The notes beneath the pieces were generated by a model. That model searched no databases. It was not told where the DNA came from and saw only the letters and a list, made by a program, of their open reading frames with translations. A stretch of 64,000 nucleotides of DNA from an uncultured Candidatus Saccharibacteria bacterium (GTDB lineage: Bacteria; Patescibacteriota; Saccharimonadia; Saccharimonadales; 2-12-FULL-41-12). The stretch spans positions 22,164 to 86,163 of the forward strand of contig CAZYMH010000003.1 in assembly GCA_964648105.1 (NCBI GenBank), in the 5' to 3' direction. The translations under genes were made by a program, and so were the position numbers. Below are positions 51,248-60,825 of this stretch, piece by piece (position 1 is the stretch's first letter; each line of letters begins with the position of its first letter).

Positions 51248-52087
51248 ATGGCAATTTGGGATAAAATTAATAGTAGCGGTGACGTTCAAGATCGACGAGG
51301 TAGCCCTTTGGCAATTGGAGGAGCTAGTAGTTTGATTGGTTTAGGTATAATACTCCTTTATTCCTTCATGGGTGGAACCGATACTAATACTTTACAACAA
51401 ATTCTTTCGACAGTCGAAAATGTTCAAGTTTCGCGTCAAGCTAATTCGCCTAACGTCGGTATAGACGATGGTTACCAGACTTTTGCTAGTAAAATAGTCG
51501 GCTCATCTAACGATTTGTGGTCGCAAGTTTTTACTAAACAATCCAAAACTTATCAAAAACCTACCCTAGTTTTGTTTCGCTCGGCCACTCAATCTGGTTG
51601 TGGCATTGCTACTTCAGCAGTCGGTCCGCACTACTGCCCTGTTGATCAAACTATATATTTAGATGAGACGTTTTTTGACGAGCTTACTAACAAACTTGGA
51701 GCCAAAGGTGGCGATGTTGCTCAAGCCTACGTGATTGCTCATGAAGTCGGTCATCATGTTCAAAATCAACTTGGTATTATGGACCAAGTTCAATCACGTT
51801 ATGGCAATAGCAATGCCATGTCAGTCAAGCTAGAATTACAAGCCGATTGTTACGCTGGCGTGTGGGCATATTCTGTCGGTCAGCAAGGTGTCTTTGAAAA
51901 CCCGAATGAAATTAATGAAGCGATTGACGCCGCCGAAGCTGTCGGCGACGATCGGATTCAAAAAGAAACTACTGGGCGAGTTAACCCAGAAACTTGGACT
52001 CATGGTTCCGCTAATGACCGTGCTAACTGGTTTAACAAAGGCTACTCAACTGGCAACCCCGCTAGTTGCAATACCTTCGCAAGTTAA
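51248..52087 (+). CDS. putative neutral zinc metallopeptidase (YpfJ/Zn_peptidase_2 family)
   Basis: N-terminal VQDRRG motif, TM, HEVGHHVQN HExxH motif. Confidence 0.7.
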   Translation: MAIWDKINSSGDVQDRRGSPLAIGGASSLIGLGIILLYSFMGGTDTNTLQQILSTVENVQVSRQANSPNVGIDDGYQTFASKIVGSSNDLWSQVFTKQSKTYQKPTLVLFRSATQSGCGIATSAVGPHYCPVDQTIYLDETFFDELTNKLGAKGGDVAQAYVIAHEVGHHVQNQLGIMDQVQSRYGNSNAMSVKLELQADCYAGVWAYSVGQQGVFENPNEINEAIDAAEAVGDDRIQKETTGRVNPETWTHGSANDRANWFNKGYSTGNPASCNTFAS

Positions 52088-53415
52088 GCAACGAAGTTTT
52101 CGCTTTCGAGAGAATCAATTTTTTCGGCAAAATACTTTGCACTTGGCCTAATAGTCCGTTTCATGTGGTTTTGTCTATCTACTTCGACCAATCCGAATTT
52201 CGGCCACCAACCTTCTGCCCACTCAAAATTATCGAGTAAGCTCCAGTGCATATAGCCTACTACCTCAATTCCTTCGCTCATTGCTCTCTCAAGAGCTATA
52301 ATTGTCTCCTCAATCCACCACTTGCGATGAGCATCGTACATGTCAGCTAGACCGTTTTCTGTGATCACTATTGGCTTTTTGTAATGGGCCCAGACTCGTA
52401 CTAATAATGGGTATAGTCCTTCTGGCTCCATATACCAGCCAATATCACTTATCGGGAAGGTAGGATTTTTGCGTTCTGGCAAAAACTTTTTTTGTTTAAT
52501 CAAGTCGATACTCAGCCATTCGTAATAATCAGTAAAATAATAATTAAAGCCGACAAAATCTTGATAATTTTTTATACGATTCAAAAACCACCAGTTCCAG
52601 ATATAACGCATCAGATGAGTCGCCGAGATATCTACAAAATTTTGTGGACGCTTAGATTGAATATTGGCCAGCTGGGCAGCTACACCAATTTGCAAATGAT
52701 CATGATGCTTTTTGATAATTTTATATGATTTTTTGTGAGCTTTAATGAGATTTATATATACTCTCGCCCCTGTGATTTGATTTTTTTTATTTGGCGGCCA
52801 ATCACCAATAATATATGAAAATGTCGTATAGACATTTGGTTCATTCAAAGTAATCATATATTTGAGCTTTTCAAGTGGTAATTCTTGGCAAATTTTTTCG
52901 ACAAATCTAGTAAAATATTTAACGTTACTGGCTTTTTCGAAGCCACCAATCTCATCAAACCAAATTGGCAATGTCCAGTGCCAAATATTTAATATAGGCT
53001 CCAAACCTTGCTTCATAACTTCATCTATATAATCTCGGTAGTGCTGCCACTGCTCATCATTCCATTGGCCTTCCACAGGCTCTAATCTCGACCATTCAAC
53101 ACCAAAACGTAGCGAATTTAGATTAATACTTTTGGCGATTTTTATATCTTCTTTGTAACGTTTGTAATGCTCTACTCCACTGCCAGAAATATAATTTTCA
53201 GGATTAGTGGCGACTTTTTTTAATTCATCCCAATGATCTAATTTTGATTTATCGATACTAGCAGGATTACGGTTTTTTTCGGAATTTTTGGCAAGCCGAA
53301 GTGCATTTTCGAGTTCCCACACCGACCATTGATTGTGATTATCGCCTTCTACTTGATGCGAAGATGTACTTGCACCCCAAAGAAATTTTTTAGGAAAGAT
53401 ATTTTGTTTTTTCAT
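52084..53415 (-). CDS. family 1 glycoside hydrolase (beta-glucosidase)
   Basis: FPKKFLWGASTSSHQVEG N-terminal signature, catalytic LNEP and ITENG motifs. Confidence 0.9.
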   Translation of the reverse strand: MKKQNIFPKKFLWGASTSSHQVEGDNHNQWSVWELENALRLAKNSEKNRNPASIDKSKLDHWDELKKVATNPENYISGSGVEHYKRYKEDIKIAKSINLNSLRFGVEWSRLEPVEGQWNDEQWQHYRDYIDEVMKQGLEPILNIWHWTLPIWFDEIGGFEKASNVKYFTRFVEKICQELPLEKLKYMITLNEPNVYTTFSYIIGDWPPNKKNQITGARVYINLIKAHKKSYKIIKKHHDHLQIGVAAQLANIQSKRPQNFVDISATHLMRYIWNWWFLNRIKNYQDFVGFNYYFTDYYEWLSIDLIKQKKFLPERKNPTFPISDIGWYMEPEGLYPLLVRVWAHYKKPIVITENGLADMYDAHRKWWIEETIIALERAMSEGIEVVGYMHWSLLDNFEWAEGWWPKFGLVEVDRQNHMKRTIRPSAKYFAEKIDSLESENFVA

Positions 53416-53436
53416 TATACTAAAATTGTAACACGA

Positions 53437-54960
53437 CTAATTGACTGCATCTTCACCAAAATGTTTTTTTAGTCTTTGCTTTATCGATCCTGGGTGTCTG
53501 CCGAATTGAGTAGTTAATTTTTCGATATCAATACTAGTGTTTTTCGTAAATAAACCTACCAAAGCTTCGTCATCTTTTTTCGACCAAGGCTTATATGCAT
53601 TGGGGTATTTAGTACGCATTTTTTCTAGCTTATCAGCCCAAGACGAACTGGCTTTTTTATCGTCAATTGATTGATTTTTTTGTTTGAGCCTTTCTTTAGC
53701 ACGTTGCCTGAGATACTCGAATTTTTTGGCATGATTTTTAGTTTGATGTTTGAAGATTTTATCAATTTCTTGGGCTTCGCTACTGACCTTTAAGGCAATC
53801 GAATTGAGTCCGACTAAACTTAAACTTTCTAAGTTTTTTACTCTTGAAAGTGCTACATAGCCCATGCCTTCAACAAAGGCTTTCGACAAATCAATCTTGG
53901 CACCATCGAGCGTCATGCCTTGGCTTTTGTGAATAGTAATAGCCCACGCCAGGCGAAGTGGTATTTGAGTTATACTAGCCCGCTTTTTATCTCCATCACG
54001 TAACTCCCAAGTTTCGGGTGTTATGGTAATTTTACGACCATTTTTTAATTTTACAATCGGATAATTTGTCAGTTTTTCGAAGCCGACTACCACTCCAAGC
54101 GAGCCGTTAACGTACTTTTTTTCAGGATTGTTTCGGATGCACATTACTAAGGCATCTTTTTTCAGAACTAAAATCTCTTGAGCTAAGCAAACATTTTTTA
54201 GAGATTTTACGTAAACTGCACTACCCGTGGTTTCCATTTCGTAACTATGCCCGAGCGTATCGATCTCGCATAATTTTTTATTATTGATTTCATCAACATT
54301 GACATTGTTAGTATGAAGTTCGGTAGCATTTTCGATCTCGATTTCACGCCGAGCAAGTAAAAGATCGATATGCTTTCGCCGTAAGTCACTGCCACGAATT
54401 GAATTCAAAATTTCGAGATAATCATCGTCATTTTGGCGAAATTGTTGGTCTAAATAACAAACAACCATGTCTGAGTTTAAGTAAACATCTGAGTTTACGA
54501 CAAAACCGCCAAACTTACCGTCTGAACGATTGATCGGTGGCAATTGAAAAAAATCTCCGCACAAAATCACTTGAAGACCACCAAATGGCTTATCATTATT
54601 TCGCAAAGTTTTAGTTATTTCATTGATTGTATCTAGTCGAAAATCATGGAGCATAGATATCTCATCGATTATCAAAACATCGGCTTTTTTAATTTGGTCT
54701 ACCCGATTTTTTGATAAATTATCAAAAAATTTTTGGGGTAAATAATCTAATACACCTATGCCACTCCAAGCGTGAATAGTACTACCATTTAAATGAGTGG
54801 CAGCCAGGCCAGTTGTGGCTGTAATCGCCAGAGATTTGCCTTGACTACGAGCAAGCTTAACAAATTGATTCAAAACATAAGTCTTACCAGAGCCAGCAGG
54901 GCCACTAAGCATTACATTATGCCCATCGAGCATTATTTCTAGAGCTAATTCCTGATCCAT
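53437..54960 (-). CDS. PIF1/RecD-family SF1B helicase with C-terminal extension
   Basis: Walker A GPAGSGKTYV, motif II ADVLIIDEISM, ITIHKSQG (motif V/VI), ~70-aa basic C-terminal tail. Confidence 0.75.
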   Translation of the reverse strand: MDQELALEIMLDGHNVMLSGPAGSGKTYVLNQFVKLARSQGKSLAITATTGLAATHLNGSTIHAWSGIGVLDYLPQKFFDNLSKNRVDQIKKADVLIIDEISMLHDFRLDTINEITKTLRNNDKPFGGLQVILCGDFFQLPPINRSDGKFGGFVVNSDVYLNSDMVVCYLDQQFRQNDDDYLEILNSIRGSDLRRKHIDLLLARREIEIENATELHTNNVNVDEINNKKLCEIDTLGHSYEMETTGSAVYVKSLKNVCLAQEILVLKKDALVMCIRNNPEKKYVNGSLGVVVGFEKLTNYPIVKLKNGRKITITPETWELRDGDKKRASITQIPLRLAWAITIHKSQGMTLDGAKIDLSKAFVEGMGYVALSRVKNLESLSLVGLNSIALKVSSEAQEIDKIFKHQTKNHAKKFEYLRQRAKERLKQKNQSIDDKKASSSWADKLEKMRTKYPNAYKPWSKKDDEALVGLFTKNTSIDIEKLTTQFGRHPGSIKQRLKKHFGEDAVN

Positions 54961-55968
54961 TTAGTTATCAGGATCTATCGCTTTTAAAGCTTTTTTGTTA
55001 ACAATTTCATATCGCATACCTGTCATCGGAGATTCGACATAATCATCATTGAGTAGGTTTACAAATTTTGTGGCATCTTTATCATCCATAATAATTATCG
55101 CACCAGTTTCATCTTGCATCAGATCAACCCCCATCTCTTCGGCGTGCGACAACAAATCTTCTTGCGAAACCAACCCAGCATCAACTTTTTGTAGTTTTTT
55201 GATAAGAGCTTTTTTGCCTTCGACAATTTTATTCAAATCCATACCATCATCAAATCTTAGTTTGAAATTTTCTAGAATTTCTTTAACCTTGCTTGCTGCC
55301 ACACTTGCCTCTTTAGCGTCGTAGCCAAACAATTGCTTTAGTTTGGTTTGATTAAAGACATATAAATCATCAGCTAGCAACAAAAGTTGCGGGTCAAGCG
55401 ATAATTGCATTACCGCCTCACCGTCAAATTTTACAAATTTACTATCTTTGAGTAGCCAGCTCATTTTCGAGGTCATAACTTGGCTTTTGGGTAATACTTT
55501 AAATACATAAAACGGATCAATTTTGGTGTTTGGATAAGTCACTTTAGTCATTACACCCCTGATACGCCTAAAGTCATGTTCTTCCTCTGAAAATAATGGT
55601 ATTTCAGCGTATTGGTGGTTTAGCCAGTTCATGACTTCCTTAAGGCTGGCGATATTTTGAATTTTGGTACGTTGCAATACTTTATGCTCGGCTTCGGCTT
55701 CTTCAAAATTTCGAACTACTAATCCTTGCTCAACTCCTTCTAATATATATTCCAGAATTTCATCGATAAAAATTGGTTCTAGGAACTTCTTGAGGCTAGC
55801 GTCGACTTTGGTTTTATATAGAGTGTAATTGCGACTAATAAAAAACAAATCTAGATTCAGTTCGTCTTTATATTGAACAAGGTTATTGGCCCAGGCAAAA
55901 ACATCAGTATCATCAGATGATTCGAGTGGCTTATTTGAGTCAGATTGACTTTGTTTATCGGATTCCAT
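54961..55968 (-). CDS. hypothetical acidic protein, translationally coupled to the helicase
   Basis: stop abuts the helicase ATG with no intergenic base; 335 aa, pI acidic, no recognisable catalytic motif. Confidence 0.4.
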   Translation of the reverse strand: MESDKQSQSDSNKPLESSDDTDVFAWANNLVQYKDELNLDLFFISRNYTLYKTKVDASLKKFLEPIFIDEILEYILEGVEQGLVVRNFEEAEAEHKVLQRTKIQNIASLKEVMNWLNHQYAEIPLFSEEEHDFRRIRGVMTKVTYPNTKIDPFYVFKVLPKSQVMTSKMSWLLKDSKFVKFDGEAVMQLSLDPQLLLLADDLYVFNQTKLKQLFGYDAKEASVAASKVKEILENFKLRFDDGMDLNKIVEGKKALIKKLQKVDAGLVSQEDLLSHAEEMGVDLMQDETGAIIIMDDKDATKFVNLLNDDYVESPMTGMRYEIVNKKALKAIDPDN

Positions 55969-56046
55969 ATAGATATTTTAAACTAAAAATAAGTTATTGG
56001 TGATGTAAAATAGACCATCAATAACTTATTAATTAAGTTTAGTGCG

Positions 56047-56679
56047 TTATTTTTCGCAGGCTATACCGTCATTGTCACGGTCGAGCTTGTTTTGGTAGGC
56101 TTTATCGCTACGTTTGATGTTAAACACTCCAGCGTCAAAAGCAGCTGTACAATTTTCGAATTGACGACCGTTTGAACTATTAGAGGTTGTTTGATTTTTC
56201 ACTTTATCTTTTGCTTCTTGGCTGGCTTCAGAAGCTGGTTTTTCAGCTACGCTGCCGCCGATTTCACCATTTGGCTTAGTTTGGACTGGAGAATATTTAC
56301 CATTCTGATCAACTTGAGCGGGTTCGGTTGCAATTACACCAAAGGCTCCTAACCAAAGTACAAAAAGTGCAATTAAGGCTTTTGCCCAAGGACTTTTCTT
56401 GAAGCCTTCTGGATCATGAACGTACCAAATGATAATTGCAACTAACGGAATAATCGGCAAAAGAATAATCCACAATAACCATCCAATCAAGATACGGCGG
56501 CCACTCGTCCAGTTTTGATACTTGTTTTTGGTCAATGGAAAGCGAGCCAAAATCCAGACTGCCGATCTTAAAAAGAAGCCTGGATGAGCATTTTTTTCTC
56601 GTTCGGCCATAATTTTATCGTTTTCTTTTTGAACATCTTCGTTTGATGTATTTCTTGTAACTTTTGCCATCTCTAGCAA
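56047..56679 (-). CDS. membrane protein with C-terminal Excalibur Ca-binding domain
   Basis: 2-3 TM helices; C-terminal DRDNDGIACE matches the Excalibur DxDxDGxxCE motif. Confidence 0.55.
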   Translation of the reverse strand: MLEMAKVTRNTSNEDVQKENDKIMAEREKNAHPGFFLRSAVWILARFPLTKNKYQNWTSGRRILIGWLLWIILLPIIPLVAIIIWYVHDPEGFKKSPWAKALIALFVLWLGAFGVIATEPAQVDQNGKYSPVQTKPNGEIGGSVAEKPASEASQEAKDKVKNQTTSNSSNGRQFENCTAAFDAGVFNIKRSDKAYQNKLDRDNDGIACEK

Positions 56680-56737
56680 CCTCCTAAATTAATATTTACA
56701 TTATACATTATTATTGCGTGAGCAATATGCTTTTGAT

Positions 56738-57661
56738 TTAATTATCGACCGAGCTAAATCCTATAACATACTGATAAGGCGTACACATCCTGAATCCATT
56801 ATCTTGTTGTCCGACCACAAATAACTGGTTATCAACCTCAGCCCATCTCCCTCCACTTTTAACCGCACACCCTTTAAAGACATCAAAATATTCGGGTTTG
56901 AAGCAGTCGAAGGCTTTTCTGCCGTTCATGTCACGGATAAGCGTGATGATTTCTCGTGAAGCTTTTCTTTGCTGTAGTGTAGTCGGAACATATGGCAGAT
57001 ATAATGGTGTATAGGCATTGATTCCATCAAAAAGCCCTAACGAGTTAATGTAACTTAGCGATTCTTGATTTGTAGAGAATGGATTAAATGTTTCACCTCG
57101 ATTGATTGCCTTGTTGATCTCTTGAGCAGCTATTTTAATCCAGACCGCAGGGTCTCGATTTTTACACCTGAAAAGTCTAGCGTCAACGTTTTGCGAAATC
57201 TCATCGTTGCTGGCAGACATATTAGATAATGAATGTGCATCGACAGGTGCAATTGGCACTAACTCACAATTTTCCGGATCCAATAGTGAATAATATTCAG
57301 TTTTGTGTCTGGCTACTCCCCTTTTTTCCTTGTTAACAACTTTTGTCGTTATGCGGTGCAAGTATTTCATACTCGAATTTTCATCATTTTCCTCCAAATG
57401 ATAGGCATAAGGAAAAAACCCTTCATACATGCCACTTGTAGTGCTAAATTCTTCATCTGTTTCTAGTTGATATGCATCAAAACTCACTTTACATGCGTTG
57501 GCCACGACGTATTTGCCAAGTATATTATGTCTATTTTCTTCTTTAAAAATATCTTCGGTATAAGATGCTTGCTCTCGACTTGAAACAGCCACACCTCTAA
57601 GCTGTTCATTTAATTCAGTTACGTACTGATTAAGCTGGACGAGTCTCTCGTAATTAGTCAT
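56738..57661 (-). CDS. hypothetical protein
   Basis: 307-aa ORF 24 bp downstream of glyQS; no motif recognised. Confidence 0.4.
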   Translation of the reverse strand: MTNYERLVQLNQYVTELNEQLRGVAVSSREQASYTEDIFKEENRHNILGKYVVANACKVSFDAYQLETDEEFSTTSGMYEGFFPYAYHLEENDENSSMKYLHRITTKVVNKEKRGVARHKTEYYSLLDPENCELVPIAPVDAHSLSNMSASNDEISQNVDARLFRCKNRDPAVWIKIAAQEINKAINRGETFNPFSTNQESLSYINSLGLFDGINAYTPLYLPYVPTTLQQRKASREIITLIRDMNGRKAFDCFKPEYFDVFKGCAVKSGGRWAEVDNQLFVVGQQDNGFRMCTPYQYVIGFSSVDN

Positions 57662-57685
57662 TTTTCTACATTCTACTATTACTAT

Positions 57686-58993
57686 TTATTGGTCTAAAAG
57701 TTCCTGCATAGATACGCGTTTTTGGTTAGTTGTATCTCGATCACGCAGCGTAATTGTACCGTCACTTAGACTATCAAAATCAATTACAACGCAGTAAGGC
57801 GTTCCGATTTCATCTTGGCGACGATACCTTTTACCGATATTTCCATTATCATCCCACATGACTGCACCATACTTATTTTTCAATGTTTGATAGACTTCCT
57901 GAGCTTTGGCAACTAATTCGGATTTGTTTTTAAGCAGTGGAGAAACGGCATATTTAACTGGAGCTAAATGATATGGTAATTTCAAAAATATCCGCTTTTC
58001 ACCGTTTATTTCATCTTCTTGATAAGCGGAGATTAGAACAGCCATCAAAGCTCTCTCGACACCAAAACTTGGCTCGATTACATGTGGCACAAATGGCTCT
58101 TGGCCGTCTTTTGGTCGATACAGCATTGACTTGCCACTGTCGCGTTCGACATTTTTAAGATCAAAGTCAGTTCTATAAGCCATGCCTAATAATTCATCAC
58201 GTCCATGCGGATAATCAAACTCGAAATCAATAGTTCGCTTGCTATAATGTGCTAAATCTTCTTTCGGAACCTCAAGTTCATGCACAGCTTCTTTCGGCAA
58301 GCCGAGGGCATCTAACCATTCATGAACGGTGACTCGCCATTTTTCGAATTCTGCTTCCCAATTTTTTTCGTCAATAAAATATTCTATCTCCATTTGCTCA
58401 AATTCTCGTGACCTAAAAACGAAATCCCTTGGACTAATTTCATTGCGAAAAGCCTTACCTTGCTGAGCAATACCAAACGGTAAATCTGGACTAAAGCTAT
58501 CAACTACATTTTTAAAATTTGTGAAGATTCCCTGAGCGGTTTCAGGCCGTAAATAACTAATTGAATTTTCGTCGGCTACTGGACCAACATTAGTTTTAAA
58601 CATCATATTGAATTGCCGAGCTTCACCAAATGGATTTTTTGTACCACATTTTGGACATTGACTAGTATCAATTTTGTCTTCACGAAAGCGACCTTTGCAA
58701 TTGCTACATTCAACCAAAGGGTCGGTAAACGTATCAACATGTCCACTGGCCTTCCAAACTTTTTGGTTCATCAAAATTGCGGCATCGACACCATACATAT
58801 CTTCGCGGTTTTCAACAAACATTGTCCACCATAAATTCATGATATTTCGCTTCAAGCTAACACCCAGTGGTCCATAATCCCACGTTCCAGCTAGTCCGCC
58901 ATAAACTTCACTGCCTTGGTATATAAATCCACGGCGTTTACATAAACTTACAATATCTTCCATTGACACTTTGGTCTGTTTTTTCTCACTCAT
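57686..58993 (-). CDS. glyQS: glycine--tRNA ligase (alpha2 dimeric type)
   Basis: GLAGTWDYGPLG class II motif, C-terminal anticodon-binding domain. Confidence 0.9.
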   Translation of the reverse strand: MSEKKQTKVSMEDIVSLCKRRGFIYQGSEVYGGLAGTWDYGPLGVSLKRNIMNLWWTMFVENREDMYGVDAAILMNQKVWKASGHVDTFTDPLVECSNCKGRFREDKIDTSQCPKCGTKNPFGEARQFNMMFKTNVGPVADENSISYLRPETAQGIFTNFKNVVDSFSPDLPFGIAQQGKAFRNEISPRDFVFRSREFEQMEIEYFIDEKNWEAEFEKWRVTVHEWLDALGLPKEAVHELEVPKEDLAHYSKRTIDFEFDYPHGRDELLGMAYRTDFDLKNVERDSGKSMLYRPKDGQEPFVPHVIEPSFGVERALMAVLISAYQEDEINGEKRIFLKLPYHLAPVKYAVSPLLKNKSELVAKAQEVYQTLKNKYGAVMWDDNGNIGKRYRRQDEIGTPYCVVIDFDSLSDGTITLRDRDTTNQKRVSMQELLDQ

Positions 58994-59026
58994 AGAAGTT
59001 ATTATAATAGATTTAACTAATTCGGG

Positions 59027-59692
59027 CTAATCAAAACTGATCTGGATAAGTTGGTTTTTGATATTTTGAATAACATCGATATTTTTTGGCAATGATTCAA
59101 AATTCATCGGCTGAGAATTTTTGGCCAATAATCGCATAAATTTTATATCATTTTTTTGTAAGCTTCCTTGTGTGTCTGGTACAAAAATTTGCTTTTCATA
59201 GTCAAAAAAATAGTTATCATAATCACCATTTTCGGCAATCAATTCGCCCAGTAAACCTGCACAAAAAAGAGTGTGCATGCCAAACCAGATATCTACAACT
59301 TGATAATTAAAAGTTGGAATATTTAAATACATCAAAAAATTTTTTAAGTTATCGTAACTATAGCTTTCGGTATTTTCTGACGTAATATTACTTGTTAATT
59401 TAAGTCCTGCATAAGCTAAATCAAGCCGCTTAATATCTTTGACAATTTCTTCAAAATAGTCAATCATAGTTGCACCAACAAGCGGTTTCATACTTTTAGA
59501 TGAATCGATAAAACTCATATTGCTAACCGACATTAGCTCCACACCACCCGCTAATTTGCTCTTGCTGGCACGGACATTTTTTGCAAATAAAGTTTGGCGA
59601 CCATGCTGTTTAGTGATTACAGTTAATATCCGATCTTTTTCACCAAAATTTACGCGTTTAAGTACAATTGCTTCGTCAATGATTTTGTTCAT
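59027..59692 (-). CDS. recO: DNA repair protein RecO
   Basis: N-terminal OB-fold (EAIVLKRVNFGEKDRILTVITKQHG), ~220 aa, classic position next to glyQS. Confidence 0.7.
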   Translation of the reverse strand: MNKIIDEAIVLKRVNFGEKDRILTVITKQHGRQTLFAKNVRASKSKLAGGVELMSVSNMSFIDSSKSMKPLVGATMIDYFEEIVKDIKRLDLAYAGLKLTSNITSENTESYSYDNLKNFLMYLNIPTFNYQVVDIWFGMHTLFCAGLLGELIAENGDYDNYFFDYEKQIFVPDTQGSLQKNDIKFMRLLAKNSQPMNFESLPKNIDVIQNIKNQLIQISFD

Positions 59693-59694
59693 GT

Positions 59695-60069
59695 TTATAG
59701 GAGAGTATTTTTAAGCACTATTTTCAAATCACTCAAAGAAGTCTTTGGCTTATATAGATACTTACTTACACCTAGCGACTCTAGGCTTTTATCGATTTGT
59801 TGGTTTTGGCGAGCCAGAAAAGTATGAATAACTATCGGGATTTTTATCCAGTCGCTATAAGACCTAAATTCATGCAAAAAAGCTATTCCGTTTTGATCGG
59901 CTATAGCCAGCTCTAATACAACTACGTCTGGACGTTTATTATCGGCTTCAATAATCGCCTTTTCGGCACTCAGTACGTGACTAACTTTATATTTATTACT
60001 CTCTAGATATTTTTTAATTATATTGCCTAAATCTTGATTTGGTTCAATTAACAAAATTCGCTTCAACAT
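59695..60069 (-). CDS. atypical receiver-domain protein (phospho-acceptor Asp replaced by Glu)
   Basis: receiver fold, but the acidic pocket reads LLIEPNQD and the acceptor position reads VVVLELAIAD (E instead of D). Confidence 0.5.
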   Translation of the reverse strand: MLKRILLIEPNQDLGNIIKKYLESNKYKVSHVLSAEKAIIEADNKRPDVVVLELAIADQNGIAFLHEFRSYSDWIKIPIVIHTFLARQNQQIDKSLESLGVSKYLYKPKTSLSDLKIVLKNTLL

Positions 60070-60749
60070 TAAACTAAACTTAGTTGTTTACTAATTGGTA
60101 AATCTATACTAAAACCGCTATATTTCGAATTACTCTCGGCAGCCAACTTCCCGCCCAAAATGTTTATTACTCTTGAAGCGATTATTATGCCTAGTCCGTT
60201 GCTATCAGAATACTTTGCGTATGGCATATGAGACAATATTTGATGATTGTTGTATCCGTTAACAATACTTTTGAATCGCTTAAAATTTTGGCCATAAATT
60301 TGGATGATAATTTTCTCGCTACTATTTATTGAACTTTTAATAATTAAGTTTTTATTAGACATTTTCAAAAGAAACTCGCAGATCAAAAACAAACTATTAC
60401 CTAGTAGGGTGCTGTTAGTCATTGCAGGTAAATTGCAGGTCTTTTGGACTTCAATATTTTTATCAAAATTCAATTTAATATTATGCGACAAATCATAAAT
60501 TACATTACCAAGCCCTACGGGGTTCAGTTCTAGGGCTAACTGACCAGATTCGTACATCAAGGTAGAAATGTAACTATCGATTAGCGACAATGATTTATCT
60601 GCATGACTTTGTATCAAATTATCATTGCTCTCAATATTGAGTTCGGCGGCTCGAGCTATCATGTAGAGGTTATTTTGAAGTTCTCTTAACAGAGGTAAAA
60701 TTGAAGAAATATCATTTTTTATTTGGCTTTCAGGCACACTATTACTCAT
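60069..60749 (-). CDS. histidine-kinase-like ATPase (degenerate, no canonical H-box)
   Basis: C-terminal G2-box-like GLGIIIASRVINILGG, no HExxTPL H-box; stop overlaps the start of the receiver gene. Confidence 0.4.
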   Translation of the reverse strand: MSNSVPESQIKNDISSILPLLRELQNNLYMIARAAELNIESNDNLIQSHADKSLSLIDSYISTLMYESGQLALELNPVGLGNVIYDLSHNIKLNFDKNIEVQKTCNLPAMTNSTLLGNSLFLICEFLLKMSNKNLIIKSSINSSEKIIIQIYGQNFKRFKSIVNGYNNHQILSHMPYAKYSDSNGLGIIIASRVINILGGKLAAESNSKYSGFSIDLPISKQLSLV

Positions 60750-60825
60750 TCAACTCCCTCTTAGAATAATACTTTTATACTATCATTTTCTGAACACAAA
60801 AAATATACCAAAAAGTATGTAATTT

